Source: Zestosphaera tikiterensis (GTDB lineage: Archaea; Thermoproteota; Thermoprotei_A; Sulfolobales; NBVN01). From it: 24,000 nt of DNA. A program made the position numbers and the translations under genes. This document shows, piece by piece, positions 16,332 to 24,000 of this stretch. How positions within the stretch are numbered: the first letter of the stretch is position 1; the number at the start of each line of letters is the position of its first letter. The notes under the pieces were generated by a model. That model worked only from the letters and a program-made list of their open reading frames with translations, ran no database searches and was not told the origin of the DNA. Location of the stretch: the NCBI GenBank assembly GCA_003056265.1, contig NBVN01000006.1, positions 1 through 24,000 of the forward strand, written 5' to 3'.

Positions 16332-17261
16332 ATGTTTTTTAAATCAAAACCTGATAAAATCCTTTTTATTTCATTGCTGCCTTTTTCCCTTACATCACTA
16401 GCTTTAATAGTTTACATAGCTCTAACCTTAGGTTGGGAAGCTCGTGAAGCTTTCCTAAGGTTTGGGGTTAAGTTATTTACGGAGAATGTATGGAGGGTTT
16501 CTGAAATACCTGAGTATGAAAGTTACGGACTTCTTTCTCCTTTGGTAGGCTCCATATACGTATCTATAACTTCAGTTCTGATTGCTTTACCTTTATCAAT
16601 ATCGTTAGCGTTTACTAGTGCTGAGTTCTTACCTAAGAACTTAAGTAAGATCGTATCACATTTAACTGATGTCATGGGCGGTGTGCCAACCGTTATCTAC
16701 GGGTTATGGGGTTCTCTGTTTCTAGCACCTGTACTTAGAGACGTATTTATGATTCCGCTGAACAGATATCTATGGTTTATACCTCTGTTTTCATGCACTC
16801 CCCTTACCGGTCACTCGATCTTGACTGCTAGCGTTGTTTTAGCTGTGGCTTCAGTGCCGTATATGACGTCCCTAGTTAGAGAGGGCTTAGCTATGATCCC
16901 ATTTAAATATAAGGAGGCTCTTTACAGCATAGGAGCTATGAGATATGAGTACTTCAAAGTTTTAACCGGTATGTTAAAACCGTATATAGTAGCTGCTACG
17001 TTATTAGGTTTTAGTAGAGTTTTAGGTGAGACTACCATCGTAGCTTTAACTATAGGTAACTCACTTAAGATCTCTCTCTGCGTGTTCGAGCCTGGTTCAA
17101 CAATACCTTCATTAATAGCTAATCAATTCGAAAGTGCTGGACTATATAAGTATGCTTTACCAACCCTCTTCGCGGGAAGTCTAGTCCTCTTGCTAATATG
17201 TTTAACGCTTACTTACGTCGGTATTCAAATAACTTACAAATGGAGGGAGTCTATGTTATGA
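16332..17261 (+). CDS. pstC: phosphate ABC transporter permease PstC
   Basis: Multi-TM protein with a GGVPTVIYGLWG motif and an EAA-like loop (REGLAMIPFKYKEALYSIGA). Its position in the pst operon supports the call. Confidence 0.9.
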   Translation: MFFKSKPDKILFISLLPFSLTSLALIVYIALTLGWEAREAFLRFGVKLFTENVWRVSEIPEYESYGLLSPLVGSIYVSITSVLIALPLSISLAFTSAEFLPKNLSKIVSHLTDVMGGVPTVIYGLWGSLFLAPVLRDVFMIPLNRYLWFIPLFSCTPLTGHSILTASVVLAVASVPYMTSLVREGLAMIPFKYKEALYSIGAMRYEYFKVLTGMLKPYIVAATLLGFSRVLGETTIVALTIGNSLKISLCVFEPGSTIPSLIANQFESAGLYKYALPTLFAGSLVLLLICLTLTYVGIQITYKWRESML

Positions 17262-18118
17262 GTGAGTTACGCTATCTCAGGCTTAGGAAGCTTAAAAACG
17301 CTTTAATGTTAACCCTTATGTTAACATTAGCTTTCTTAACGTTTCTGCCTCTACTACTTATTATAGGCTCTATAACTCTTGAGGGTATTAAGGTGTTGTT
17401 GAAGGCTGGTGTTTCTTTCTTCGCTAGTTTACCGCCGAAACCAACCGACGTTAGCTTAGGCGGTATAGCACCGGCTTTAATAGGTTCGCTAATTTCATCA
17501 TCTATAGCTTTATCTATAGCTGCTTCAATAGCCTTCATATCGGCGTTCTTAACTACGGAGTTCCCTAATAACGTCATAAGTAGGGTTGTTGAGGTAGTTT
17601 TCAGATCTTTTTCAGGTATACCATCGCTTGCCGTAGGGATGTTCGTTTACTCTACGGTGGTGGTTTTCATGAGAACGCAGTCCTTAATAGCTGGTGCTGT
17701 AGCGTTATCCATAGTTGGCATGCCTTACGCTTATGTTTACTTCACCTCAGCTTTAAGATCTATTCCAGAAGAATATAGAGAAGCCGCTATGTCCTTAGGC
17801 ATGAGTAGGCTTAAAGCTTTAAGATATGTTTACTTAGGTATAAGTAGGAAGTACTTACTCTCAGGCTTGCTTATAACTTTCGCTAAGATAATAGGCGATA
17901 CCGCACCATTACTTTTCACAATTGGTTTCGTAACGAATGCTTACTTCATGGGATTAGACAAACCCAGCAACGCATTACCATTGCTCATCTTTATCTACGC
18001 CTTATCGCCTTACGAGATATATCATTCAGTAGCTTTAGGGGCGGCTTTCATACTGTTAGTTACCCTCATAGCTTTGTTTGAAATAGCTCACGCGGTGGTT
18101 AAAGAGGTGAGGTTATGA
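17258..18118 (+). CDS. pstA: phosphate ABC transporter permease PstA
   Basis: ATG 17258 overlaps the pstC stop (ATGA) and is preceded by GGAGGGAG. Motifs FSGIPSLAVG and the EAA loop LRSIPEEYREAAMSLGMS are present. The track start 17198 would overlap pstC by 64 nt and was not used. Confidence 0.88.
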   Translation: MSELRYLRLRKLKNALMLTLMLTLAFLTFLPLLLIIGSITLEGIKVLLKAGVSFFASLPPKPTDVSLGGIAPALIGSLISSSIALSIAASIAFISAFLTTEFPNNVISRVVEVVFRSFSGIPSLAVGMFVYSTVVVFMRTQSLIAGAVALSIVGMPYAYVYFTSALRSIPEEYREAAMSLGMSRLKALRYVYLGISRKYLLSGLLITFAKIIGDTAPLLFTIGFVTNAYFMGLDKPSNALPLLIFIYALSPYEIYHSVALGAAFILLVTLIALFEIAHAVVKEVRL

Positions 18119-18870
18119 GTCGTTACGTAATAGAGATAAGTAACCTGACAGTAAGTATTAAAGGTAAGGAAATACTTAAGAAAGTCGACTTAGAGGTTCC
18201 TTATAACAGCATATACGTGATTATGGGCCCCAGCGGTTCCGGCAAATCTACATTGCTTAGAGTTATCAATAGGTTAATTGAGTTAATACCCGATGCTCGA
18301 GTTCAAGGTATTGTGAAAGTTTTTAATATTGACGTTTTTGATATGGATCCTTATGAGTTAAGGAGGCATGTCGTTATGGTTTCTCAAGAACCTAATCCAT
18401 TCCCCCATCTAAATATCTTCGATAATGTAGCCTTACCTGCTAGACTTAATGGAGTCGTTAAAAGTAAGAACGACCTACATGAGTTAGTTAGGTGGGCTTT
18501 AGAGAAAGTCATGCTTTGGGATGAGGTTAAAGATAGGCTTAAAGCATATCCCCACACGTTAAGCGGCGGGCAGAGGCAAAGACTATGTTTAGCTAGGGCT
18601 TTAGCCATTAAGCCTAAGGTGTTACTGCTGGATGAACCTACAGCTAACATAGATCCTGAAAACACTTTAAAAATAGAAGAGTCTTTAAAATCGCTTAAGG
18701 ACGAGTTAACTATAGTAATGGTGACTCATATGCCTCATCAAGCCGCAAGAATTGCTGACTATGTTGCGTTTATATATGGCGGTTCTGTAGTTGAGAAAGG
18801 CGTTGCTAGAGAGGTTTTCATGCGTCCACGTAATGAAGTAACCAATAGGTTTTTAAGAGGTGCTATCTAG
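18115..18870 (+). CDS. pstB: phosphate ABC transporter ATP-binding protein PstB
   Basis: Walker A GPSGSGKST, the PstB-typical QEPNPFP, signature LSGGQRQRLCLARA and Walker B LLLDEPT are all present. The ATG overlaps the pstA stop (ATGA). Confidence 0.95.
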   Translation: MSRYVIEISNLTVSIKGKEILKKVDLEVPYNSIYVIMGPSGSGKSTLLRVINRLIELIPDARVQGIVKVFNIDVFDMDPYELRRHVVMVSQEPNPFPHLNIFDNVALPARLNGVVKSKNDLHELVRWALEKVMLWDEVKDRLKAYPHTLSGGQRQRLCLARALAIKPKVLLLDEPTANIDPENTLKIEESLKSLKDELTIVMVTHMPHQAARIADYVAFIYGGSVVEKGVAREVFMRPRNEVTNRFLRGAI

Positions 18871-19488
18871 ATGGATGGGTATGGTGCGGCTTTAGAGTTA
18901 ACTAAGTTAAGTAGGAGAACCGTTGAAATGTATGAAATCGTTAAAGATATTGTAGGAATGGTTAAGAAGCTTACTGAAGCTCAAGACGACGAAGAACGTT
19001 TAGAACTAGATAAGCAGATAGACGATAAAACATCGCTTGTAGATGTTTTAAGAGAGCAGATAACTGAGGATGTGTTGTTATTTATACTTAGGTATCAACC
19101 GTTAGGTAGGGATTTCGTCTATGTGCATAGGTTATTAGACGTGGTTTACGATATCTATAGAGTAGGGAGGTACTGCAGGGAGATATCCCTTGCTGATAGG
19201 TATGCGTTAAGCTTAAATAACGAGGATCTAAGGAGTTTAAATCAAGCTATAAGCATTGCTAAAGAGGCTTTTGAGGAAGCTTTCAAAGCGTTCTTCAACG
19301 GATGTAGCGAATGTGTTGAACGAGTTAAAGAATTAGATAATTTAATGGATGAGCTTTATATCAATAGCCTTAAAGAAGTTAAATCTCATGAATACGTTAG
19401 AAATAGCCAGGTAGTTAAGGTACTTGTTCTAAGGCATTTAGAGAGGATTGTAGATCATGCCGTAAGCATTGCTGAAAGCAGTTATTAA
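18871..19488 (+). CDS. phoU: phosphate transport system regulator PhoU
   Basis: 205-aa two-repeat helical protein with a C-terminal RHLERIVDHAVSIAE motif. It starts immediately after the pstB TAG. Confidence 0.85.
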   Translation: MDGYGAALELTKLSRRTVEMYEIVKDIVGMVKKLTEAQDDEERLELDKQIDDKTSLVDVLREQITEDVLLFILRYQPLGRDFVYVHRLLDVVYDIYRVGRYCREISLADRYALSLNNEDLRSLNQAISIAKEAFEEAFKAFFNGCSECVERVKELDNLMDELYINSLKEVKSHEYVRNSQVVKVLVLRHLERIVDHAVSIAESSY

Positions 19489-19700
19489 GGATTACGTGAT
19501 TTTTACTTAGTTCAAGACGATATTCAATGCTGAAGTTTGTTAGGGTTCGACTTCATCGCCACTTTAAATTAAAACTCTTAGCTATTTCTCGTGATTTGCC
19601 TCTACCGCCCTTCGAGAATATGCCTTCCTTAAAGGACGGAAACTTCATCAAATAATCTTCTAGGCACAATTAGAAGTAATCAAAAAATTATGAAAACTTG

Positions 19701-20567
19701 TTAGGCATATCTGAGTTTTGGATTGACGTAGTCTTCTATGGCCATGCCAAGTAATGTGAAACCAGCTCCAACTAAAGCTATGAATAGTCCGGGTACGAAA
19801 ACCCATAGCCATAGACCTAGGTAGAGTGCGTTCCTAGCTTGGGCGTGGTAGAGTATTTGACCCCAGCTCTTAGCTGTTGGGTCTCCAAGCCCTAAAAAGC
19901 TGAGGCTAGCTTCAGTTAGTATTGCTGATGTAGCGCCTAGAATTACGTAAGCTACGGCTACGGGGGCAACGCTTGGTAGGATGTGTCTGAAGATTATGCC
20001 GAATGAGCTTGAGCCAACAGCTTTAGAAGCTTCTACGTAGGTTCTTTCTCTAATGCTAAGTGTTTGAGATCTGATTACCCTAGCTACGCCAACCCAACCG
20101 AATATCACTAACACTAATATTATGTTGTTTAAGCTAGGCCCTAAATACGCAGCCAGTATGATTATCAAAGGTAGTGAAGGTATAGCTAGCATGATATCTA
20201 TGATTCCTGAAATCGCTTCATCTACGTAACCTCCGAAATAACCGGCTATTAAGCCTACGACAAGCCCTAGTATGGTTGATATTGAAGCTGCTGTAAGGCC
20301 TACGTAGAGGCTTACTCTAGCGCCGTAAATCACCTCACTTAATATGTCTTGACCTATGTCGTTAGTACCTAAGGGATGTTCTGGAGACGGCGGTTGGAAA
20401 GGTGGTGCTACGATGGCGTATGGGTCGTAAGGAGCTAGCTTATCTGCTAGGATGGCTATAGATCCTACGAAGAGTAGGATGACTATGCCGAATAAGCCCT
20501 TCTTATTGTGAAGCGCGATGTATTTAACGGCGTTAGCTATAGATTTAACTAAACCCACGGCCTTCAC
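19701..20567 (-). CDS. ABC transporter permease, Dpp/Opp family (DppC-like)
   Basis: EHPLGTNDIGQDILSEVIYGARVSL is the DppC/OppC N-terminal signature. An EAA-type loop is also present (YVEASKAVGSS). Confidence 0.88.
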   Translation of the reverse strand: MKAVGLVKSIANAVKYIALHNKKGLFGIVILLFVGSIAILADKLAPYDPYAIVAPPFQPPSPEHPLGTNDIGQDILSEVIYGARVSLYVGLTAASISTILGLVVGLIAGYFGGYVDEAISGIIDIMLAIPSLPLIIILAAYLGPSLNNIILVLVIFGWVGVARVIRSQTLSIRERTYVEASKAVGSSSFGIIFRHILPSVAPVAVAYVILGATSAILTEASLSFLGLGDPTAKSWGQILYHAQARNALYLGLWLWVFVPGLFIALVGAGFTLLGMAIEDYVNPKLRYA

Positions 20568-21541
20568 CCCCTCGTATATCTAATCCTAGGGTCTAGAAGC
20601 ATATAGAGTAGATCTGCGCATAGATTAGCTACGATAATCGTTATGGACAGCATGAAGAACGCTGCGTTTAATACTGGGTAGTCCTTATAGAGGATTGACT
20701 CATATATTAAATACCCAATCCCAGGGTATGAGAAGACAGTTTCAGTTAATACAGCACCGCCAACTATAGTGCCTAACCTTATGGCAAGCATAGTTACCGG
20801 CGGTAGTAAAGCGTTACGAAGTGCGTGACGCATGATGGTTCTGTCTGGGAGGCCCATAGCCTTAAGAGCTAGTATGAAGTCCTCAGATAATATATCAACC
20901 AACGAATTCCTAGTGACTAGAGTATATGAAGCAAAAGCAGTTAACGTCATAGCTATTACTGGAAGGGTTAAATGCCATAAAACATCCGCTACGTACTCAA
21001 AAACGTTTCTATAGATCATACCTGGAGTTAACGCTTGAGTTATGGGGAACCACTTGAGTAAGTACCCAAAAACATACTGGAAGAGTAGAGCTAACCAATA
21101 ATACGGTACGGCATAAATTAAAACAGCTGAGAATGTTATGATGGAGTCCACCTTCGTGTTTCTTCTCCAACCAGCTATAACCCCTAAACCCACACCAGTT
21201 AGGAAAACTGTAACTGAGGAGGTTCCTAACAACAGTAGAGTCCAAGGCAGTCTCTCCATTACTAACTCGTAAACAGTTCTTGGATAATATTTATAACTAA
21301 ACCCCCACTGACCAGTAAATAATGTTTGAAAATAGGCAATGAGTTGTTCGTGCCAAGGCCTATCGAGTTTCCACATCTCAATCAACACTTTAACAGTGCT
21401 TGACGGTAGTTGATATTCATTCGCTAGTATGGAAGCTGGGTTGCCTGGCATAGCTCTAGGGAGGATAAAAACTATAAGCAGGATGGTTAGAAAAACTATT
21501 AAAGACCTAAGAAGCCTAACGTATAAAAAACGAGTTACCAT
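20564..21541 (-). CDS. ABC transporter permease, Dpp/Opp family (DppB-like)
   Basis: ILPRAMPGNP is the PGDP-type motif after TM1. The EAA loop reads FILALKAMGLPDRTIMRHALRNALLP. It overlaps the downstream permease by 4 nt. Confidence 0.88.
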   Translation of the reverse strand: MVTRFLYVRLLRSLIVFLTILLIVFILPRAMPGNPASILANEYQLPSSTVKVLIEMWKLDRPWHEQLIAYFQTLFTGQWGFSYKYYPRTVYELVMERLPWTLLLLGTSSVTVFLTGVGLGVIAGWRRNTKVDSIITFSAVLIYAVPYYWLALLFQYVFGYLLKWFPITQALTPGMIYRNVFEYVADVLWHLTLPVIAMTLTAFASYTLVTRNSLVDILSEDFILALKAMGLPDRTIMRHALRNALLPPVTMLAIRLGTIVGGAVLTETVFSYPGIGYLIYESILYKDYPVLNAAFFMLSITIIVANLCADLLYMLLDPRIRYTRG

Positions 21542-21567
21542 TTAAGAAACCTCGAGAGTTTTTATTG

Positions 21568-23442
21568 CTATGTCTTTCTAGCGACTCTAAATGCTACGAA
21601 AGCTAGGATCACGACGACCACAACTATTACTACGGCATATAAAGACCACGGTACCTCAGTCGGGGTAGGTGACGTTACAGGGCTGGTTACAGTAGTGGCC
21701 ACGGTTACAGCTTGTGTTTGCGTTATAGTGACGGGTTGTGTAACAGGTTGAGTTACAGACGTAACTACGGTTGTAGCTACAGTTATTACTTCAGGGCCTT
21801 TAGGCTTTAAAGACATTAACGAAAGTATTGAAGTCGGTCCCTCAACTTCATTCCAGCCTTCGAACTTATCTATTCTATAAGCGGTGACAGGCTTAGTCAC
21901 ATATAAAGGTATTAGAGGTTTATCCCTAGCTATTATTTCCTGTAGCTTATATATGTACTGCTTCCTTAATTCTAAGTCTAAAGTAGATCTTTGAGCGTCT
22001 AGCAATTGATCAGCTTCCGGGTTTCTATACCTGAACCAGTTCCTTGGCGCGTAAGTACCTAACGGCGGTGCTTGACTGCTGTGGAACCTCTCGTAAATCC
22101 ACCAGTCCACATCGTTTCCAAGCCCTGCTAAACCCATCAAACCTATGTCGAAGTCTCCCACACCTTCTCTTTGATCTACCGTGCCTAAAGCTTGAGCCTC
22201 AACTCTGGCGTCAATACCTATTTGCTTCAACCAACCCATGATTAACTCAGCAGATCTTTCAAACTCAGGTCTGCCGGATATCGTTAAGATCGAGATGCTT
22301 AATGGCTTGCCGTCAGGAGTTTCTCTAATGCCATCACCGTTTCTATCTATAAAACCTAGCTTATCCAGTATTTCTTTAGCTTTAGTTAGGTTTTGCTTGA
22401 CGTAGGTTACGTTGGGGTTATACCAAATACCCTGCACCGGCTGTACCCAACCGTCGGCTGCCGGTTCAGCATATCCTAACATGACTGTATTCACTATCGC
22501 CTCCTTATTTATCGCGTATGCTATAGCCCACCTAAACTCCGTTATGTTAAACGGGTATTTCTCAAGGTTGAATCCCATAAACCTCATCGAACCCATGGAA
22601 GCGAGTGGTAACGCAACTCTAACGTTGGGGTTCTTAAGTAGTACAGGCACTAGCTCGGGGGCTACAGAACCGTATATTGCGTCTATGTTGCCTGCCTGTA
22701 AATCTAGCATTAAAGCATCTACGCTTTTATACAGAACCACTACCAACCTCTGTATTTTTGGCTTACCTAAGAAGAAGTACGGGTTTGCCTCCAGCTCCAC
22801 GGATACTCCAGGCGTGTACTTAACGAATTTATATGGTCCACACCCCACTGGATTATCTAAGTTTTTAAATTCTGTTACGTTGACTTTAGACCATATATGT
22901 TCCGGAACTATAGCTACCTGCGCACCTAAGTACCACAACACGGGAGCGAAAGGACTTTTCAGTTTGAACTCCACCGTCCGGTCATCTAACGCTTTAACGT
23001 ATTCTATGTAGTTCCTTAAATTCCACTTATCAAGTACTTTACTGTAGGTGGAGTTTAATATTAAGTTAAACGTGAATACGACGTCTTTAGAAGTTAGTGG
23101 GGTTCCATCATCCCAACGTAGGTTAGGTCTAAGCTTAAACACCACTTTCAAAGCGTTCTGATCTACTGTGAAGCTTTCAGCTAACCAAGGCGTATACGAC
23201 CTGTTCGCAGGCAGTATTAAAAGCGTTTGATATAGAAGACCTCTAACATATCCAGCAGCAGCTAAAATACCTGTGAATGGGTTGAAGTTATCTATCTCTC
23301 CCGGAATGCCTACCTTAAGCACCTGCTCTTCAGGGGCTGCTGAAGCTACCCCTGCGAAACCTATTAAGTAAGCCGTTAAAATACTGATGGTTAAACCCAA
23401 AGCTAAAAGCGATTTATTAAACCTACTACTGTAGCGATACAT
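21568..23442 (-). CDS. ABC transporter substrate-binding protein, family 5 (peptide/nickel/oligosaccharide type), C-terminally membrane-anchored
   Basis: There is an N-terminal signal/TM segment and a family-5 SBP core (LAESFTVDQNALKVVFKLRPNLRWDDGTPLTSKDVVFTF). A 48-aa T/V/P/Q-rich linker follows (VTQPVTQPVT...VTSPVTSPTPT), then a C-terminal TM helix ending RVARKT. Confidence 0.85.
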   Translation of the reverse strand: MYRYSSRFNKSLLALGLTISILTAYLIGFAGVASAAPEEQVLKVGIPGEIDNFNPFTGILAAAGYVRGLLYQTLLILPANRSYTPWLAESFTVDQNALKVVFKLRPNLRWDDGTPLTSKDVVFTFNLILNSTYSKVLDKWNLRNYIEYVKALDDRTVEFKLKSPFAPVLWYLGAQVAIVPEHIWSKVNVTEFKNLDNPVGCGPYKFVKYTPGVSVELEANPYFFLGKPKIQRLVVVLYKSVDALMLDLQAGNIDAIYGSVAPELVPVLLKNPNVRVALPLASMGSMRFMGFNLEKYPFNITEFRWAIAYAINKEAIVNTVMLGYAEPAADGWVQPVQGIWYNPNVTYVKQNLTKAKEILDKLGFIDRNGDGIRETPDGKPLSISILTISGRPEFERSAELIMGWLKQIGIDARVEAQALGTVDQREGVGDFDIGLMGLAGLGNDVDWWIYERFHSSQAPPLGTYAPRNWFRYRNPEADQLLDAQRSTLDLELRKQYIYKLQEIIARDKPLIPLYVTKPVTAYRIDKFEGWNEVEGPTSILSLMSLKPKGPEVITVATTVVTSVTQPVTQPVTITQTQAVTVATTVTSPVTSPTPTEVPWSLYAVVIVVVVVILAFVAFRVARKT

Positions 23443-23579
23443 GTTACCACATTTAAAGATTAGGTTTATGCCTTTAAAAACTTTAGCATTTATTATTTCA
23501 CGTAAATTCGTTAAAATAACTTAATGAAGTTATGTTTGAAGTCCTTAAATGGTCTTTAAAGCTAACATGTTAGAGTTTG

Positions 23580-24000
23580 TTAAGTTCGCATTACGGCTAT
23601 GCTTCTAATTACGTCCGCTACGTCTTCGCATTTATCTGTTGACTGCTCTAGTGAGTCGATGATTTCCTTAGCTATTATGCATGAGGATATCTTGGATTTC
23701 TCGCAGAACTTAAGTATCTTAACGATTGCTTCAGCCCGTATGTCGTCAACTTCCTCCTCTATCCTCTCTATGTTATCCGCTATCTCTAAAGCCTTACGTG
23801 GTTCTTTACTTACGGCTTCTAAAGCTTGTTTTATCAGTGTTGTAGCTTCAGCGATTTTAGAGGATATAACTACTAAGTAGTCTTTAATTTCCGCGTCTAT
23901 GTCGTTAGGTGATATCATAGTTGCTTTTCTAGCGGCGGACTTGCCGAAAGCTGCTATATCGTCTGTCGTGAGTATTAACCTAATTAGTTCCTCCCTATCT
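23580..24000 (-). CDS. PhoU-like / DUF47-family protein, C-terminal part (gene continues past the right edge)
   Basis: The frame stays open upstream of the track start through to position 24000. Hand translation gives ...DREELIRLILTTDDIAAFGKSAARKATMISPNDID.... It is a helical protein with IERIEEEVDDIRAEAIVKI, typical of DUF47/PhoU-fold proteins. Confidence 0.55.
   Translation of the reverse strand, partial: DREELIRLILTTDDIAAFGKSAARKATMISPNDIDAEIKDYLVVISSKIAEATTLIKQALEAVSKEPRKALEIADNIERIEEEVDDIRAEAIVKILKFCEKSKISSCIIAKEIIDSLEQSTDKCEDVADVIRSIAVMRT

Noticed and set aside
17198-17257. The longer pstA start at 17198 from the ORF track.
   Set aside because: It would overlap pstC by 64 nt and add a non-hydrophobic extension. 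ATG 17258 overlaps the pstC stop as ATGA and has a GGAGGGAG Shine-Dalgarno motif upstream.
19540-19565. GGGTTCGACTTCATCGCCA, which superficially resembles a tRNA T-arm and 3' end.
   Set aside because: There is no complementary T-stem, no acceptor-stem partner upstream, and no D- or anticodon-arm structure.
19528-19656. Small ORFs in the phoU/dppC convergent spacer: plus strand 19528-19656 (42 aa) and minus strand 19648-19553 (31 aa, basic).
   Set aside because: They overlap each other on opposite strands, have no Shine-Dalgarno or TATA context and no recognisable motif, and lie in a region better explained as convergent terminators.
482-23880. Track ORFs lying antisense inside larger, well-supported genes: 482-781, 2087-2284, 2756-2989, 3365-3583, 8444-8650, 9335-9628, 10436-10738, 11593-11799, 12668-12874, 13687-13959, 14826-15053, 15147-15377, 15933-16220, 17272-17577, 18384-18665, 20832-21014, 21009-21245, 22044-22241, 22412-23011 and 23599-23880.
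   Set aside because: Each is fully or largely nested opposite a gene with strong family motifs. Their translations are low-complexity (rich in Ser, Leu and Thr) with no recognisable motifs, they lack a promoter or Shine-Dalgarno context, and they look like typical shadow ORFs.
1-24000. CRISPR arrays, IS elements or transposases, integrases, prophage genes, rRNA or tRNA.
   Set aside because: I saw no regularly spaced direct repeats, no terminal inverted repeats flanking an ORF, no recombinase or transposase motifs in any track ORF, and no T-loop or anticodon-arm pattern on visual scanning.

Overview
The window looks like a gene-dense archaeal chromosomal segment, probably from a crenarchaeote-type hyperthermophile. 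That lineage call is an inference from several features: A/T-box promoters about 25-35 nt upstream of starts, frequent GTG/TTG starts with GGTGA-type Shine-Dalgarno motifs, solute-binding proteins anchored by transmembrane (TM) helices through Ser/Thr-rich linkers, and an AbrB-PhoU fusion protein.

The content is mostly ion and nutrient transport and cofactor metabolism. In order along the window:
- the 5' end of thiM (-)
- a decayed copper P1B-type ATPase, copA, split into four frame segments (-)
- a divergent CDF cation-efflux protein (+)
- mgtE (-)
- folE (+)
- an orphan MoaD/ThiS/SAMP-type protein ending in GG (-)
- an M20 deacylase/peptidase (+)
- ridA (-)
- a vapBC toxin-antitoxin pair (-)
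- a fragmented small ORF, a B12-binding-like radical SAM enzyme and a FucI/AraA-like protein (+)
- moaD-moaE (-)
- an aldo/keto reductase (+)
- an AbrB-PhoU fusion gene (-), divergent from a complete pstSCAB-phoU operon (+)
- a Dpp/Opp-type ABC importer with a binding protein and two permeases but no ATPase genes (-)
- a truncated DUF47/PhoU-like gene at the right edge (-)

I recognised no rRNA, tRNA, CRISPR array, transposase or integrase, and I see no obvious defence island. The best candidate for something undescribed is the three-gene radical-SAM cassette at about 8.99-12.16 kb. The AbrB-PhoU/pst control region is the next best. All functional calls come from motif recognition by eye on the supplied translations and my own hand translations; no database search was possible.
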